This document shows positions 47,901 to 56,486 of a stretch of 64,000 nucleotides of DNA, one piece after another. This stretch comes from a virus. The stretch is taken from positions 38,185-102,184 of IMG/VR virus record IMGVR_UViG_3300047553_000733, one strand, 5' to 3'. A program made the position numbers and the translations under genes. Positions within the stretch are counted from its first letter, which is position 1; every line of letters begins with the position of its first letter. Below the pieces are notes generated by a model. The model was not told the origin of the DNA and ran no database searches. It saw nothing but the letters and a program-made list of their open reading frames with translations.

Positions 47901-49693
47901 CCATAGTTATTTAAAGTACGAATACTAGTTTTAACAGTATCGTTACTAGCTTTTACAGCAGTATTAAAAATATCCATTTCTTTAGCATTTTTGCTAAATT
48001 GTGCTCGCATAACTGCGGCTATGCCTACTACTATTCCTATTGCTGCACCTACATTTCCAAGAGCACTTAATACCATGCCTACCGAAGTTGCAGCTGCAGC
48101 CATTGTACCTACAAATCTAGTTCTAAACTTATTAATACCGCCCATCTCTGTAGATTTTCTAACTTCCTCATTTAGCTTTGACATTGCATAAATAAATCCG
48201 CCAGTTTCTGTGTTGGCTCCTACTTGAGACAGTATATTTAGTCTTTCTGCACGAGCACCAGCATTTGCACTGATTCTGTTTCGTATCATTTCGCCAAAAC
48301 TTGCACGTTTAGCTTGATTTTCTTGTTGTTCATAAGCTTTTGTTAGCAAATTTTGTTCTTTTGTTAGATTACTAGTTGCATCTTTTAGTGCCTTTAATTT
48401 TTCTGCATAAGCTATAGAATCTACAGTTGCTTGTTTCTGTAAACCGCGAATTTGAGATTGAGCACGTTCCATATCTTTTGGATCCTGTCCAAAAGTTCCG
48501 GCAGCAGTTGCAGCTATTGTTTTAGTAGTGCGTAAGTTGTTATCTTTTTGATATTTTAACAAGTCTTGTGTGGCTTGTTTTACACGATTCTTAGCTTCGC
48601 CTAAATTCTTTTCTAATTCTGGAATGTTTAACTTTATTGCGCTCTGCTGCGTAAATTTGGCACCAAAAGCCTCGTTAATTTCTTTGGCTTTTTCTTTTGC
48701 CAATGTTGCAGATTTTACAAGCTCACTACGCCAGCTAACTAATGCCGGTATTGCCATAGTGGTTAGCTTAGAGGCAACTAGCCCGAGAGCTACAGTTAAT
48801 AATCCAGTATTATTTGATAGTAAATCGACAAGAGGTGTCAAAAACTTATTTATTAGCTCTAATCCAGCAGTAGCCAAATTCCTAATACTAGCTTCTAGTT
48901 TTTGATATGGGTTTGCATCTAATTGCAGTTTGCCGAACTTGTCTCTGGCTTCTGCAAGTACCGCATTAGCAAAAGCCTGACGACGTTCAAAATCTGTTAG
49001 TGTGGCTGCGCTCTTGCCAAGCTTTAGTGCATACTGTTCTGTAGCCGGTCCAATTTTAGTAAATAAACCAAGTTCATCTAATAGTTCAGGCTCTAGCTTA
49101 GTAATACCGCGTGTTAAACGACTAATAGCGTCGGTCATGTCTAGGCCAAGTGCCTGTGAAGCAGTTTTTGCATACTGACCGATTTCAATAATTTGCTTAC
49201 TCGTTAAGCCGGCTGCACTTGCTTTTGCTACTGTAGTCATTGCTTCACGCAGACTAATTGCATTATCAGTAGCTGCTACTAGTCTTTGGCTTAGTGAACC
49301 AAGAGCAACACCACTTGCAGCACCTAGCTGATCTAGTCCTTTAATCATATTTGTAGTATTGGCGGCCTCTTTTAGAGCATTAAAAGCAGCGCTTACCGCA
49401 AATAAGTTAGCAGCAACAGTTGCGTATACGCGTACTAATCCGCCCAAGCCTTGAGCTTGGTTTGCAAAGTCTCTGGCGCCTGCACCAGTTGTACCCATGC
49501 TGCCACGAGCACGGCCGTACTCAGTACCCTCACCGCGAGGTTGCATACGCGCAGCTGGGCGTAGTGCTTTCTCTGCACTGCGGGCGGCTGCGCTAAGATT
49601 TTGATTTAATTCTTTGGCTTCTTGATTTCTTTGCTTCAAGCTACCACTACTGTCGCTGACTGTTAAGTCTACATTAACTGTATTTCCTGCCAT
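44975..49693 (-). CDS. tape measure protein (T5 pb2-like)
   Basis: GLVRVYATVAANLFA, KLEPELLDELG, long helical body, FAKGG and MGEAGPEAIMPL C-terminus. Confidence 0.93.
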   Translation of the reverse strand: MAGNTVNVDLTVSDSSGSLKQRNQEAKELNQNLSAAARSAEKALRPAARMQPRGEGTEYGRARGSMGTTGAGARDFANQAQGLGGLVRVYATVAANLFAVSAAFNALKEAANTTNMIKGLDQLGAASGVALGSLSQRLVAATDNAISLREAMTTVAKASAAGLTSKQIIEIGQYAKTASQALGLDMTDAISRLTRGITKLEPELLDELGLFTKIGPATEQYALKLGKSAATLTDFERRQAFANAVLAEARDKFGKLQLDANPYQKLEASIRNLATAGLELINKFLTPLVDLLSNNTGLLTVALGLVASKLTTMAIPALVSWRSELVKSATLAKEKAKEINEAFGAKFTQQSAIKLNIPELEKNLGEAKNRVKQATQDLLKYQKDNNLRTTKTIAATAAGTFGQDPKDMERAQSQIRGLQKQATVDSIAYAEKLKALKDATSNLTKEQNLLTKAYEQQENQAKRASFGEMIRNRISANAGARAERLNILSQVGANTETGGFIYAMSKLNEEVRKSTEMGGINKFRTRFVGTMAAAATSVGMVLSALGNVGAAIGIVVGIAAVMRAQFSKNAKEMDIFNTAVKASNDTVKTSIRTLNNYGDAITTASLAARANVFRELASNIDEVTSAFTAAEKKAGWVDTLFEGILEITPGVKSAFQDLTSTISGNLTQQLAQIPEGPAREAIKEKLTSILSTEDLTEAGIEKALKKSGRKGAVKLAENAATVFLEQRNAVVKAGEDAQKFAESMKGANTEAEKLIQSLAVTDPMVKFGESLIKLGIDFKLAAQDAKTSIAAIKEAIKDPKSLALVSPEAVVQLKQMAQQLPEVEKVLVRGEQKLMDAKLEVDRLQALQDKINVRARGVDTTQYTQQLNAAKEVERQAREDMASVRNKMQDMQNAIIKIGNDSIRAGYKLIQGAADRAFRQGIIDLQKNLLQGLSGPEIVTAQASLERESIKLRREELNETAKLIETMIKNNTLAEARLAFDQATQLQKEADARGGSTESEGKFINQLLKRAEELGAVGGLGKLGLRSDGSAMTTANIEPQTEAALLQLQSARRGTAAKNVQLDMQSRAVDQNEFIQKQEQIRIRDNQRIADLNKQKDLELQLTEIKLGARDILSDTEIKQRQLLQTEQQERNQTAATKVIRDEISGITDRIAQIEKDGITSATLDTWYALLKNKAAKEDIIKALQAQQKLEQEILKEQQRQAEVANYYSRVRKNMEMQYAIQEAQSAKDQQVLKNQQDILGVRAQLFAYTEDELRTQQLKLEGIAAVKEAEKANFDAKKQYDLQILAIAQKLSAANFTEDAIADYQKEAQALYEVLQLNLQTIDQAKQGRLEVLQIQSQLTSRVQAYDQVFRNAFSGMADAIVDFAKTGKLSFKSMIDSMIEGLIRYELQQQALLAYSAAGGAKGIIGFLTSMVGAGAGPNANITKVTGPSGNAAGIVYTGATGGAFEYGVEKFAKGGMFTNSVVTNPTLFKFARGTGLMGEAGPEAIMPLRRDSEGNLGVMAKPQGNKVEVIVNNFSGEKAEARETVDSRGDRKIEIIVGEMVAGEVGRKNSPMQQAISGNFMTKPSVTRR

Positions 49694-49738
49694 AGATGCT
49701 CCTTGGCCTCTCTAAACTGAGATAATTTGTTTGCTACC

Positions 49739-49767
49739 ATTATATCACTGTGGCCTATAATTGTCAA
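49739..49767 (-). promoter_or_regulatory. sigma70 consensus promoter for the tape measure operon
   Basis: TTGACA-17-TATAAT. Confidence 0.88.
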
Positions 49768-49785
49768 ACCAAAAAATTTTTAGCA

Positions 49786-49821
49786 ATAAAAAACCCGCTA
49801 GTTTTTACTTAGCGGGTTTTT
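49786..49821 (-). terminator. rho-independent terminator
   Basis: AAAAACCCGCTA...TAGCGGGTTTTT. Confidence 0.8.
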
Positions 49822-50197
49822 CTTGTTGTTTTTGCTTTCTAATCTCGTCAATTCTAACTTGGTCAATAACATGTATTAATTCCAAGTAAAACCTTCTGTC
49901 ACAACGAGCAATATCATAAGCATCAAATAATTCAAAGATACCATTGATATTCTTGCCTAGATAATTTCCTCCCACAAACTCCCACTCGTCTCTCAGTATT
50001 CTGTAAATACTTAGTGCGGTTTGTGCTTCCAGTGGAAAATCATCAAATTCTACAGGTATTTCACTGTCGACTGGTTCCGAGCCCAACTGCTCGCACATAT
50101 CAAAATATTGCTCCTTGGTCATACCCACAGAAGCATTTTGCATATAGCTAACTAGTTGATCTTTAACTAGAATCAGTTGTTCTTCGAGAAGTTTCCC
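49805..50197 (-). CDS. tail assembly chaperone, frameshift extension (gpT-like)
   Basis: -1 frame is open from the slippery site through MQNASVGMTKEQY... Confidence 0.8.
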   Translation of the reverse strand, partial: GKLLEEQLILVKDQLVSYMQNASVGMTKEQYFDMCEQLGSEPVDSEIPVEFDDFPLEAQTALSIYRILRDEWEFVGGNYLGKNINGIFELFDAYDIARCDRRFYLELIHVIDQVRIDEIRKQKQQEKPAK

Positions 50198-50586
50198 AGG
50201 TCATTTACCTTTTCACTAACAAAACTATCAAAGTCGCTGCTGTTTTTCATCAGCATTAGTGCGTTTTCTTTGCTGTATGCAAGCTCATCTTCAGGATCAA
50301 ACTGAGATACATCAACAGGTACTAACAAGTTGATATATTTGAATTTTAAACCTTTCCAGCCTTTAATAGCTGCGTCAACGTATAGTTCCAAGAAAAGATC
50401 TTCATTGAATTCTTCTTGTGTTTGACGGCCTTTGAAGGTAGTTTTAGTAGATTTCTTTCGCAAGTTAATTAAGCCATCACGACTTAGGTAATTAATTTCC
50501 AGTTTAAATTCTGGAAATCCTGGAAATTCTACTTCAATTGTTTTGCTTGGTACTAGTAATGTTTTTAGGCTAATCTCTTGTGCCAT
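50173..50586 (-). CDS. tail assembly chaperone (gpG-like)
   Basis: lies between tail tube and tape measure; IKGWKGL, YSKENALMLMKNS..FD.FV. Confidence 0.85.
   Translation of the reverse strand: MAQEISLKTLLVPSKTIEVEFPGFPEFKLEINYLSRDGLINLRKKSTKTTFKGRQTQEEFNEDLFLELYVDAAIKGWKGLKFKYINLLVPVDVSQFDPEDELAYSKENALMLMKNSSDFDSFVSEKVNDLGNFSKNN
50191..50197 (-). other. programmed -1 ribosomal frameshift site G GGA AAC
   Basis: XXXYYYZ heptamer in the correct phase near the end of the gpG-like gene. Confidence 0.85.
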
Positions 50587-50605
50587 TTTTGTCCTTGATT
50601 TAACT

Positions 50606-50637
50606 AAAAAGTGGTGCCGGAGATCAGCCCGGCACCT
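50606..50637 (-). terminator. terminator after the major tail gene
   Basis: GGTGCCGG-loop-CCGGCACC followed by ACTTTTT. Confidence 0.7.
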
Positions 50638-50653
50638 GCTGTAAGTTCACAGC

Positions 50654-51820
50654 TTAAACTGTTGCGTGATATTCGATACTGATTTCATTAGCTGCATCAA
50701 TATCGAAGTCTGAACCAGTAAAGCCCTGTCCGTTGAATGTAATTGTTGTACTAATAACTTGTTCAGTATTAACTGTAGGAATCTGCAACATAGCTGCTGG
50801 AATCTTTAAGTCAACGTGTGTGCCACTAGCGCCGCCCATTTGAATATTGATAGCATAGTCTGGATCAATTTCATTTGCTGCATTTGCAATCAAGCCACTT
50901 AACAATCCACCAGTAGCTGTAGCACCACTACGTAGATAAGCTGTTAGCGTACCTGTAACACTACGTGTACCTGTGAAATAGGTAATTGGTAGGTTAACAA
51001 CGCCCAAGTTTGCTGGTGTTAAGTACGTTAAGTTGTTACTAAGCGTAATATTGCCGCCGGTGATAGGTACTGTAAAATCACTGCCTGTAAAGTCATTAAT
51101 TGTATTATTGACTTGTAGTACTGTTAACTTGTTAGTAATATACTTGGCTACAGTATTCTTCTCTTTGGCATCGTTTGTGCCAGTTGCTAGGTCACCGCTT
51201 GCGCTTGTAAGTGGTACTTGTGCGCTAGCTGGAGTACCTGCTTTAATATCTAGCTGGCGAATAGTACTACCCTTACCTGCCCACTGAATTGCTGCGATTG
51301 CATCAATTCCGAAGTCGATAGTGGCTGTATCTAGTGCACAGTTATCTAGCACGTATGCTAAGTCATCAAATATGATGATTAGGCCAAATGCTTGTAGCTG
51401 GTGCTTGTTACTCTGTGCAACACTTAGTGTAGCAGGAGTACCATTGGTCCATGCAGCATTTGCTGTACCAATTGCAATACTACCAGCAAAAGCATTCCAT
51501 AAATATGCTTCTTCAGCAGTAACATTACTGCCGTTATTATATGGACGTAAGTAAGTACTGAAACTAAAGTCTAGCGGCTCTAGTGCTGTGTTGAAACTGC
51601 GTTGACCACGAGCGGGTGCTTCTCCAGCTTCGTTTAGTGTAACAGTGTCAATTGTTGTGTTTTGACTAAAGGTCATGCCTTCCAATACCTGGATTTCAAA
51701 AGTATTGGTTTCGCTGAATAAGTGGTTGGTGTCTTTTAGTGCACCAGCTCTTACACGACCTTGGCTATCTACGTTGGTAGTAAAGAAAACTCTACTATTA
51801 CGAATTAAATTAACTGCCAT
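50654..51820 (-). CDS. major tail tube protein (T5 pb6-like)
   Basis: LIRNSRVF, FSQ, EAG..P.RGQ..FNTALEP.DFSFSTYLRP, YITNKLT, YLTPANLG. Confidence 0.92.
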   Translation of the reverse strand: MAVNLIRNSRVFFTTNVDSQGRVRAGALKDTNHLFSETNTFEIQVLEGMTFSQNTTIDTVTLNEAGEAPARGQRSFNTALEPLDFSFSTYLRPYNNGSNVTAEEAYLWNAFAGSIAIGTANAAWTNGTPATLSVAQSNKHQLQAFGLIIIFDDLAYVLDNCALDTATIDFGIDAIAAIQWAGKGSTIRQLDIKAGTPASAQVPLTSASGDLATGTNDAKEKNTVAKYITNKLTVLQVNNTINDFTGSDFTVPITGGNITLSNNLTYLTPANLGVVNLPITYFTGTRSVTGTLTAYLRSGATATGGLLSGLIANAANEIDPDYAINIQMGGASGTHVDLKIPAAMLQIPTVNTEQVISTTITFNGQGFTGSDFDIDAANEISIEYHATV

Positions 51821-51892
51821 AGTTATTCCTTTTTAATTTATAACTTTGAGCACCTTTACTAGACTATTATCTGCGCTAGTGCACTTGAGTTA

Positions 51893-52330
51893 TTAAAGTG
51901 CGTAGCGCACTTCTAAGTTAATTTCGCCAACGCCATATGGAGCCAGCAAACCTTCGTCAGTAGTAATACTCTGGATTAAAATTTCAGTTGTTTCCAGGCT
52001 ATTGACCACATCATATTGTAGTACGCGATTCTGATCTATGCACAGCTCTAAGTCGTCCAATAAGTCCTCTAGCTGTTCTTGTGCACTATCTTCGCTTTGT
52101 ACATAAACTTTTACACATACTTGCAACACGCCCCAGGTAAATTGGCTGGGCAGGTAGTCGCGTGTTTCACTACCTGGATGGATATAAACACACGGGAAAT
52201 CCTGTACTTCATCCCAAAATTTTAGTTTAGCAAAACTGTTTTGGAATATGTTAGTTTTATATTGTCCCGTGCCGTCTATTTCTTTGAATTTTTCACTCAA
52301 TGCTTTGACTATACTAGTTCGTCTGCTCAT
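51893..52330 (-). CDS. tail terminator (T5 p142-like)
   Basis: RTSIVKAL, FWDEVQDFP, ITTDEGLLAPYGVGEI. Confidence 0.85.
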   Translation of the reverse strand: MSRRTSIVKALSEKFKEIDGTGQYKTNIFQNSFAKLKFWDEVQDFPCVYIHPGSETRDYLPSQFTWGVLQVCVKVYVQSEDSAQEQLEDLLDDLELCIDQNRVLQYDVVNSLETTEILIQSITTDEGLLAPYGVGEINLEVRYAL

Positions 52331-53910
52331 ACTAATACTGCCCTCATCCTGTTAGCAACTTGCGGCTGCATAATTTCTCTGATAGATTTACTGATTAGCA
52401 GTTTAGGATCTCGACTTCTAGGTATCTCCTGTCTACCACCTTGACTAAAAGTTGCATATGGATTTTTCATGTAAGTATAAAAGGCAGTTATCATGCCTTG
52501 TCTGCTTTCACTAAGTCGTTCTACTCTTACGCTTTCAGCAAACCTGCCGGTACGTAGATTGAGTATATCACGACGATTACCGGTACCCATATTACGCTTG
52601 ACTTGCTCTACTAGACTTCCATCTAAAATCTTCTGTAAGCTAGTAATATTAGAAACTTGCTTAATTGCGGCTGATTTAACTGCAACAGTTTTTGCCACCT
52701 TATTCTTTTTAACAGACTGTTTTACTTTGTCAACTGCCTGTTTAAAATCTTTTGCAACCTTACTTATATTAATAATTTCTTTGTGCTTAGTAATAATAGG
52801 TCTAGGTTTGACTTTAGTTTTTGTTTCTTTTGCTGCCGCGCCTGTTTTTATAATACTGGCTATAGATTTACCTATGCCATCTTTTATAGTAACAGAACCT
52901 GGTGCATTTATTAAATTGTTAGCTAAAAAATTTGCATTTTTAACTATTTGATCGTATATTCCTTGCTGCTTTAGCGGCTCTTTTAATTCTTGCGCTTTTT
53001 GCAGTATAACATCTACTACAGGCTGTAAGGATTGTATTAGCTTTTTAATAGCTTCTTGCGTAACTCCAGTTTCGCCTTTTCCGGCAGCTTGTATTAAATT
53101 ATTTAAATACTTACCTGTTTGCTGAAGTAATCTTCCTGCGGCCTCGTTATCGGCTGTAAACTGTAGTTCAGTTATTAACCTAGGATTCTCTCCCAATGCA
53201 TACTTAGTAGCATCTATAAATACTTGAGATTCAGTTACCAGATTACTGGTTAAGTAGTCTGCATCTAATACAGCTTTTAAAATAGAGTCCAGTGCTTGTA
53301 GTGCTTGCGGATCTTCTAGTCCTGGCATGCTGACTGTGAAGTCTCTGTATGTGGCCTCTACACTCGTACTGGTTTTTGCAGTTACGCCCAGGGCCACTTT
53401 TAGCTTTAGAAAGAATATACCGGCAAGGTGTCCTGACTGTACATTTTCTCTGATGTTATCTATTACAGATTTAGGTACTTGTTTTAAATTACTACTAATA
53501 TAATCTATGAAGTAGTTTTTTAATGTATCTTGTGGTACATTCTCTAATCTTATATCCGTTACAGAGTATTCAGATACTTTGGCTCTTTTTTCGTTTTCTA
53601 TGTAACTAACGAAATCAAAGAAAAACTCAGGACTATTTAAGAAGTTGGCAACTATTTGTTTAACATTACTTTCTTCCATAGTTTCCACTATTCTTTTAGA
53701 TAGTGCTGACATGCCGTCTATAGTTAAACTGGAAGTATGGTAATCTGATGCTTCAAACTTTTTTCTTAAATCTTTTGTGCCAGGTACTTCTTTAAATATT
53801 TGTTTTCTAGTCTTGCCTTTGAAACTGGCTAAGTCTATTTTATTAGAGCCGTCACCATAAATGTCCAGAATACGCTGACGAAGTATTGGTGAAAATTGTG
53901 CTACACTCAT
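52327..53910 (-). CDS. tail completion protein (T5 p143-like C-terminus) with long N-terminal region
   Basis: LNLRTGRFAES, YTYMKNPYATF, RDPKLLISKSIREI; synteny. Confidence 0.72.
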   Translation of the reverse strand: MSVAQFSPILRQRILDIYGDGSNKIDLASFKGKTRKQIFKEVPGTKDLRKKFEASDYHTSSLTIDGMSALSKRIVETMEESNVKQIVANFLNSPEFFFDFVSYIENEKRAKVSEYSVTDIRLENVPQDTLKNYFIDYISSNLKQVPKSVIDNIRENVQSGHLAGIFFLKLKVALGVTAKTSTSVEATYRDFTVSMPGLEDPQALQALDSILKAVLDADYLTSNLVTESQVFIDATKYALGENPRLITELQFTADNEAAGRLLQQTGKYLNNLIQAAGKGETGVTQEAIKKLIQSLQPVVDVILQKAQELKEPLKQQGIYDQIVKNANFLANNLINAPGSVTIKDGIGKSIASIIKTGAAAKETKTKVKPRPIITKHKEIINISKVAKDFKQAVDKVKQSVKKNKVAKTVAVKSAAIKQVSNITSLQKILDGSLVEQVKRNMGTGNRRDILNLRTGRFAESVRVERLSESRQGMITAFYTYMKNPYATFSQGGRQEIPRSRDPKLLISKSIREIMQPQVANRMRAVLV

Positions 53911-54473
53911 GTATAATCCGCAACATACTGGTCAAATATACGCTTAATATGTGCTGGTAAGTTTGTAGTGCTTACATATTCAATTTGTACACTATTTGTA
54001 CCAGGTGCCTTACTACTGTGTATTGCACCATCATTTTTTCTGTAGTAGGTGAGCAAATCTAACACTGCTAACTTTAGATCTGGTGGTACTACTTCGTAAC
54101 CTGCAAAGTAAGTAACTTTGTATCCGTTAATCAGTTCTGGCCAAACTCCTGTCGCGTGTAGTGATACTATATTATCACCATCCTGAACCCAGTCGCTAAA
54201 CTTAGTTAGCTTGCTGTAGGTTTGCCCGTAATTTGTACTGCGTTCAACACTAATCACTTGTGTAACTGGTGTTTCTTTTAGTATTAGGTTTTGATGACCG
54301 CCCTTGAATAGCTCAATCTTTGCTTCATCAAAGTAGTCTACAAAAGTTCGCTTGCAATATGTTTTTACTAATTGCGAAACTTTTGGTATTAAAAAATCAA
54401 TCTCTGCATCATGGTTAGTGCTATTGATGCCAGCATATGTTTTATATTCTTGTTTAGTAACTAAATCTGCCAT
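53907..54473 (-). CDS. head completion / head-tail adaptor (T5 p144-like)
   Basis: VKTYCKRTF, YFAGY..VP.DLKLAVLDL..YY, LPAHIKRI. Confidence 0.85.
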   Translation of the reverse strand: MADLVTKQEYKTYAGINSTNHDAEIDFLIPKVSQLVKTYCKRTFVDYFDEAKIELFKGGHQNLILKETPVTQVISVERSTNYGQTYSKLTKFSDWVQDGDNIVSLHATGVWPELINGYKVTYFAGYEVVPPDLKLAVLDLLTYYRKNDGAIHSSKAPGTNSVQIEYVSTTNLPAHIKRIFDQYVADYT

Positions 54474-54517
54474 CGACTAGCCCTCCTGTCTTTTAACTGG
54501 ACTCAAAGAATCCAGTT

Positions 54518-54545
54518 AAAAGACAGGGATCATGAGATCCCTGTC
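54518..54545 (-). terminator. terminator after the capsid gene
   Basis: GACAGGGATC-TCAT-GATCCCTGTC-TTTT. Confidence 0.75.
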
Positions 54546-54554
54546 CAAATAACA

Positions 54555-56477
54555 TTAAGCTACGTAACGAATAGCGCTGACGCCAGCACCGTTGTTAGTT
54601 GTAACTTGTGTTAGACCTGTGCGTAGGCTTGCAACCATTACACGGCGTTGTGTTTCAACTAGGTCGTCTGTGTCAACACGTAGACCACGCTGATTACCAA
54701 CTAAGAAGTTGGCTGGGTTGAAAGCAATACATGCTACTTCACCAGCGGCCTTGCTAGCAAACTCAGCACTTACTAGTACTGGGCTGTTTGCAACTGTACC
54801 GATTTGTCCGGTCAAGAATGTAGCTTGTGTGCCAACCTTGTCCATTGTCTGGAAGTTAGCGTCGTCTAGTAGGTCGTAGTAACCTTCTGTAGAAACAACG
54901 TAGATAACTTCGCTTGGATCAAGACCCCATGCACCTAGATCACGGCGAGCTGCACGTAGTGAGTTAACTGTTAGCTTGTCAGCATTGCTGATATCAAGTG
55001 TAACTGCGCTTGTTGCGTCATAAGAAGCTAGACCCTTAACAGGATCGGCACCTGCACCAGCACCTAGGCTGAATGCCTTATCAACTGCGCGAGCAACACG
55101 GCGAACCATGGCGTCACGAACAACAGGCATAATTGCTAACAAAGCGTCTTCTTCCTCTTCGAAAGCGACATACTCGTTTGTAGCAACCTTGTATGCGTTC
55201 AAGGTGATTTCCTTTAGGGCGTGTGTAGCATTGCCACCTGTGCTACCACTTGTACCGAACTGGTTGTTCTGTACCCAAGTTGCCATGCCAGCCTCTGGAT
55301 TTACAGGGATAGTCATAACATTGGTTTGCATGTTAATTGCACGTAGTGTTGGAGCAATCACTAAACGACGGCGAACTTCATTTTCCATTTGCAGGCTAAC
55401 TTCTAGTTCCCATGTGGCGCTAGGTACGTGTGCACCATACTTTTGAACCATTTGATTACCAAACTTGGTGCTCTCTAGGCTCTTGCCACTCATCTTAGCT
55501 AGCAGAACTGCCTTTTCTTTGTCGGCATATTGCATTTCGGTCTTGTTGTCACCAAATTGCATGCGGCTCTTTTGAATAGCTTCTAGTTCAGTAGCTTTTT
55601 CCTTAAGAGCAGCTTCAAGACCTTCTAGGGCCTTCTTGCTGTCAGCACGTTCTGCTTCTAGACGCTTCTCGACTTCGGCCAGTAGCTTGTCAGCACCAGT
55701 TTCTGTAGGAGTAACGGCAGCAACAGCGGCCTTAATACGAGCTTGTAGCTCGGCTTCTGCTTTTTCTTGAGCAGCCTTTTCTTGAGCGGCTTTTTCTTGA
55801 GCTTCAATCAAAGCCTTGGCTGTTTGTTCAGCAGCCTTAGCAGCAGCATCAGCTAGCAGCTTCTCTAAATCTTTTGGATCCATATCCCATTCCTTTTTAA
55901 TGTCGCTCTTTGCTTCCGTTGAGGATTCTAGCCCTTTAGCTGACTCGCTGCCGGGTGCAAATTGCTGTTTATACAAACTATATTCCTCGTCAGTATCAAA
56001 TGACTTGGCTAAATTAAACAATGTGTTTTGATTTGCTGGCACTGACACGACAGAAATTTCATGTAGTTCCAAATCTTTAACTAAGAAAACCTCGGCTGCT
56101 GTATTGTATTCCGCATCTTTGATCCGGAACCCAATACTAAAGGCACTCAACACGCCCTTTTTAATCAGCTTGTACACATCGCCTGCAGCATCAGTAATAT
56201 TGGCTTTAATCCACAAACCTTTGCTATCGACTTTATGTTCTACCATTTTGCCTACCGGCATCGTATGATTATGATAGGCGAGAATAACAGGATTCTTTAA
56301 ATAATCTGTTAGTCCCTTTTCCCAAACGCCAGTTGGGACTACGTCTCCGTGTCTGTCTTTGTCGTTGGTACTAGCATAACCTTCAATCATTATGCTCTGA
56401 TCTTCATCATCTTCTTTGGGTAGTGCTTTGGCAGTAAATTTACTGTTAAAGTAAAGTATTTTATCTTTTTCTACCAT
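54555..56477 (-). CDS. HK97-type prohead protease fused in frame to the major capsid protein (T5 pb11+pb8-like)
   Basis: IEGYAST..DRHGD, LAYHNH, FSIGF, LHEISVVSVPANQ, then coiled-coil delta domain and HK97 fold (EEEEDALLAIMP). Confidence 0.93.
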   Translation of the reverse strand: MVEKDKILYFNSKFTAKALPKEDDEDQSIMIEGYASTNDKDRHGDVVPTGVWEKGLTDYLKNPVILAYHNHTMPVGKMVEHKVDSKGLWIKANITDAAGDVYKLIKKGVLSAFSIGFRIKDAEYNTAAEVFLVKDLELHEISVVSVPANQNTLFNLAKSFDTDEEYSLYKQQFAPGSESAKGLESSTEAKSDIKKEWDMDPKDLEKLLADAAAKAAEQTAKALIEAQEKAAQEKAAQEKAEAELQARIKAAVAAVTPTETGADKLLAEVEKRLEAERADSKKALEGLEAALKEKATELEAIQKSRMQFGDNKTEMQYADKEKAVLLAKMSGKSLESTKFGNQMVQKYGAHVPSATWELEVSLQMENEVRRRLVIAPTLRAINMQTNVMTIPVNPEAGMATWVQNNQFGTSGSTGGNATHALKEITLNAYKVATNEYVAFEEEEDALLAIMPVVRDAMVRRVARAVDKAFSLGAGAGADPVKGLASYDATSAVTLDISNADKLTVNSLRAARRDLGAWGLDPSEVIYVVSTEGYYDLLDDANFQTMDKVGTQATFLTGQIGTVANSPVLVSAEFASKAAGEVACIAFNPANFLVGNQRGLRVDTDDLVETQRRVMVASLRTGLTQVTTNNGAGVSAIRYVA

Positions 56478-56486
56478 AATACTCCT

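Noticed and set aside
26340-56031. Numerous 60-190-aa plus-strand ORFs in the structural arm
   Set aside because: They are antisense to well-supported genes and lack SD sequences or recognisable motifs.
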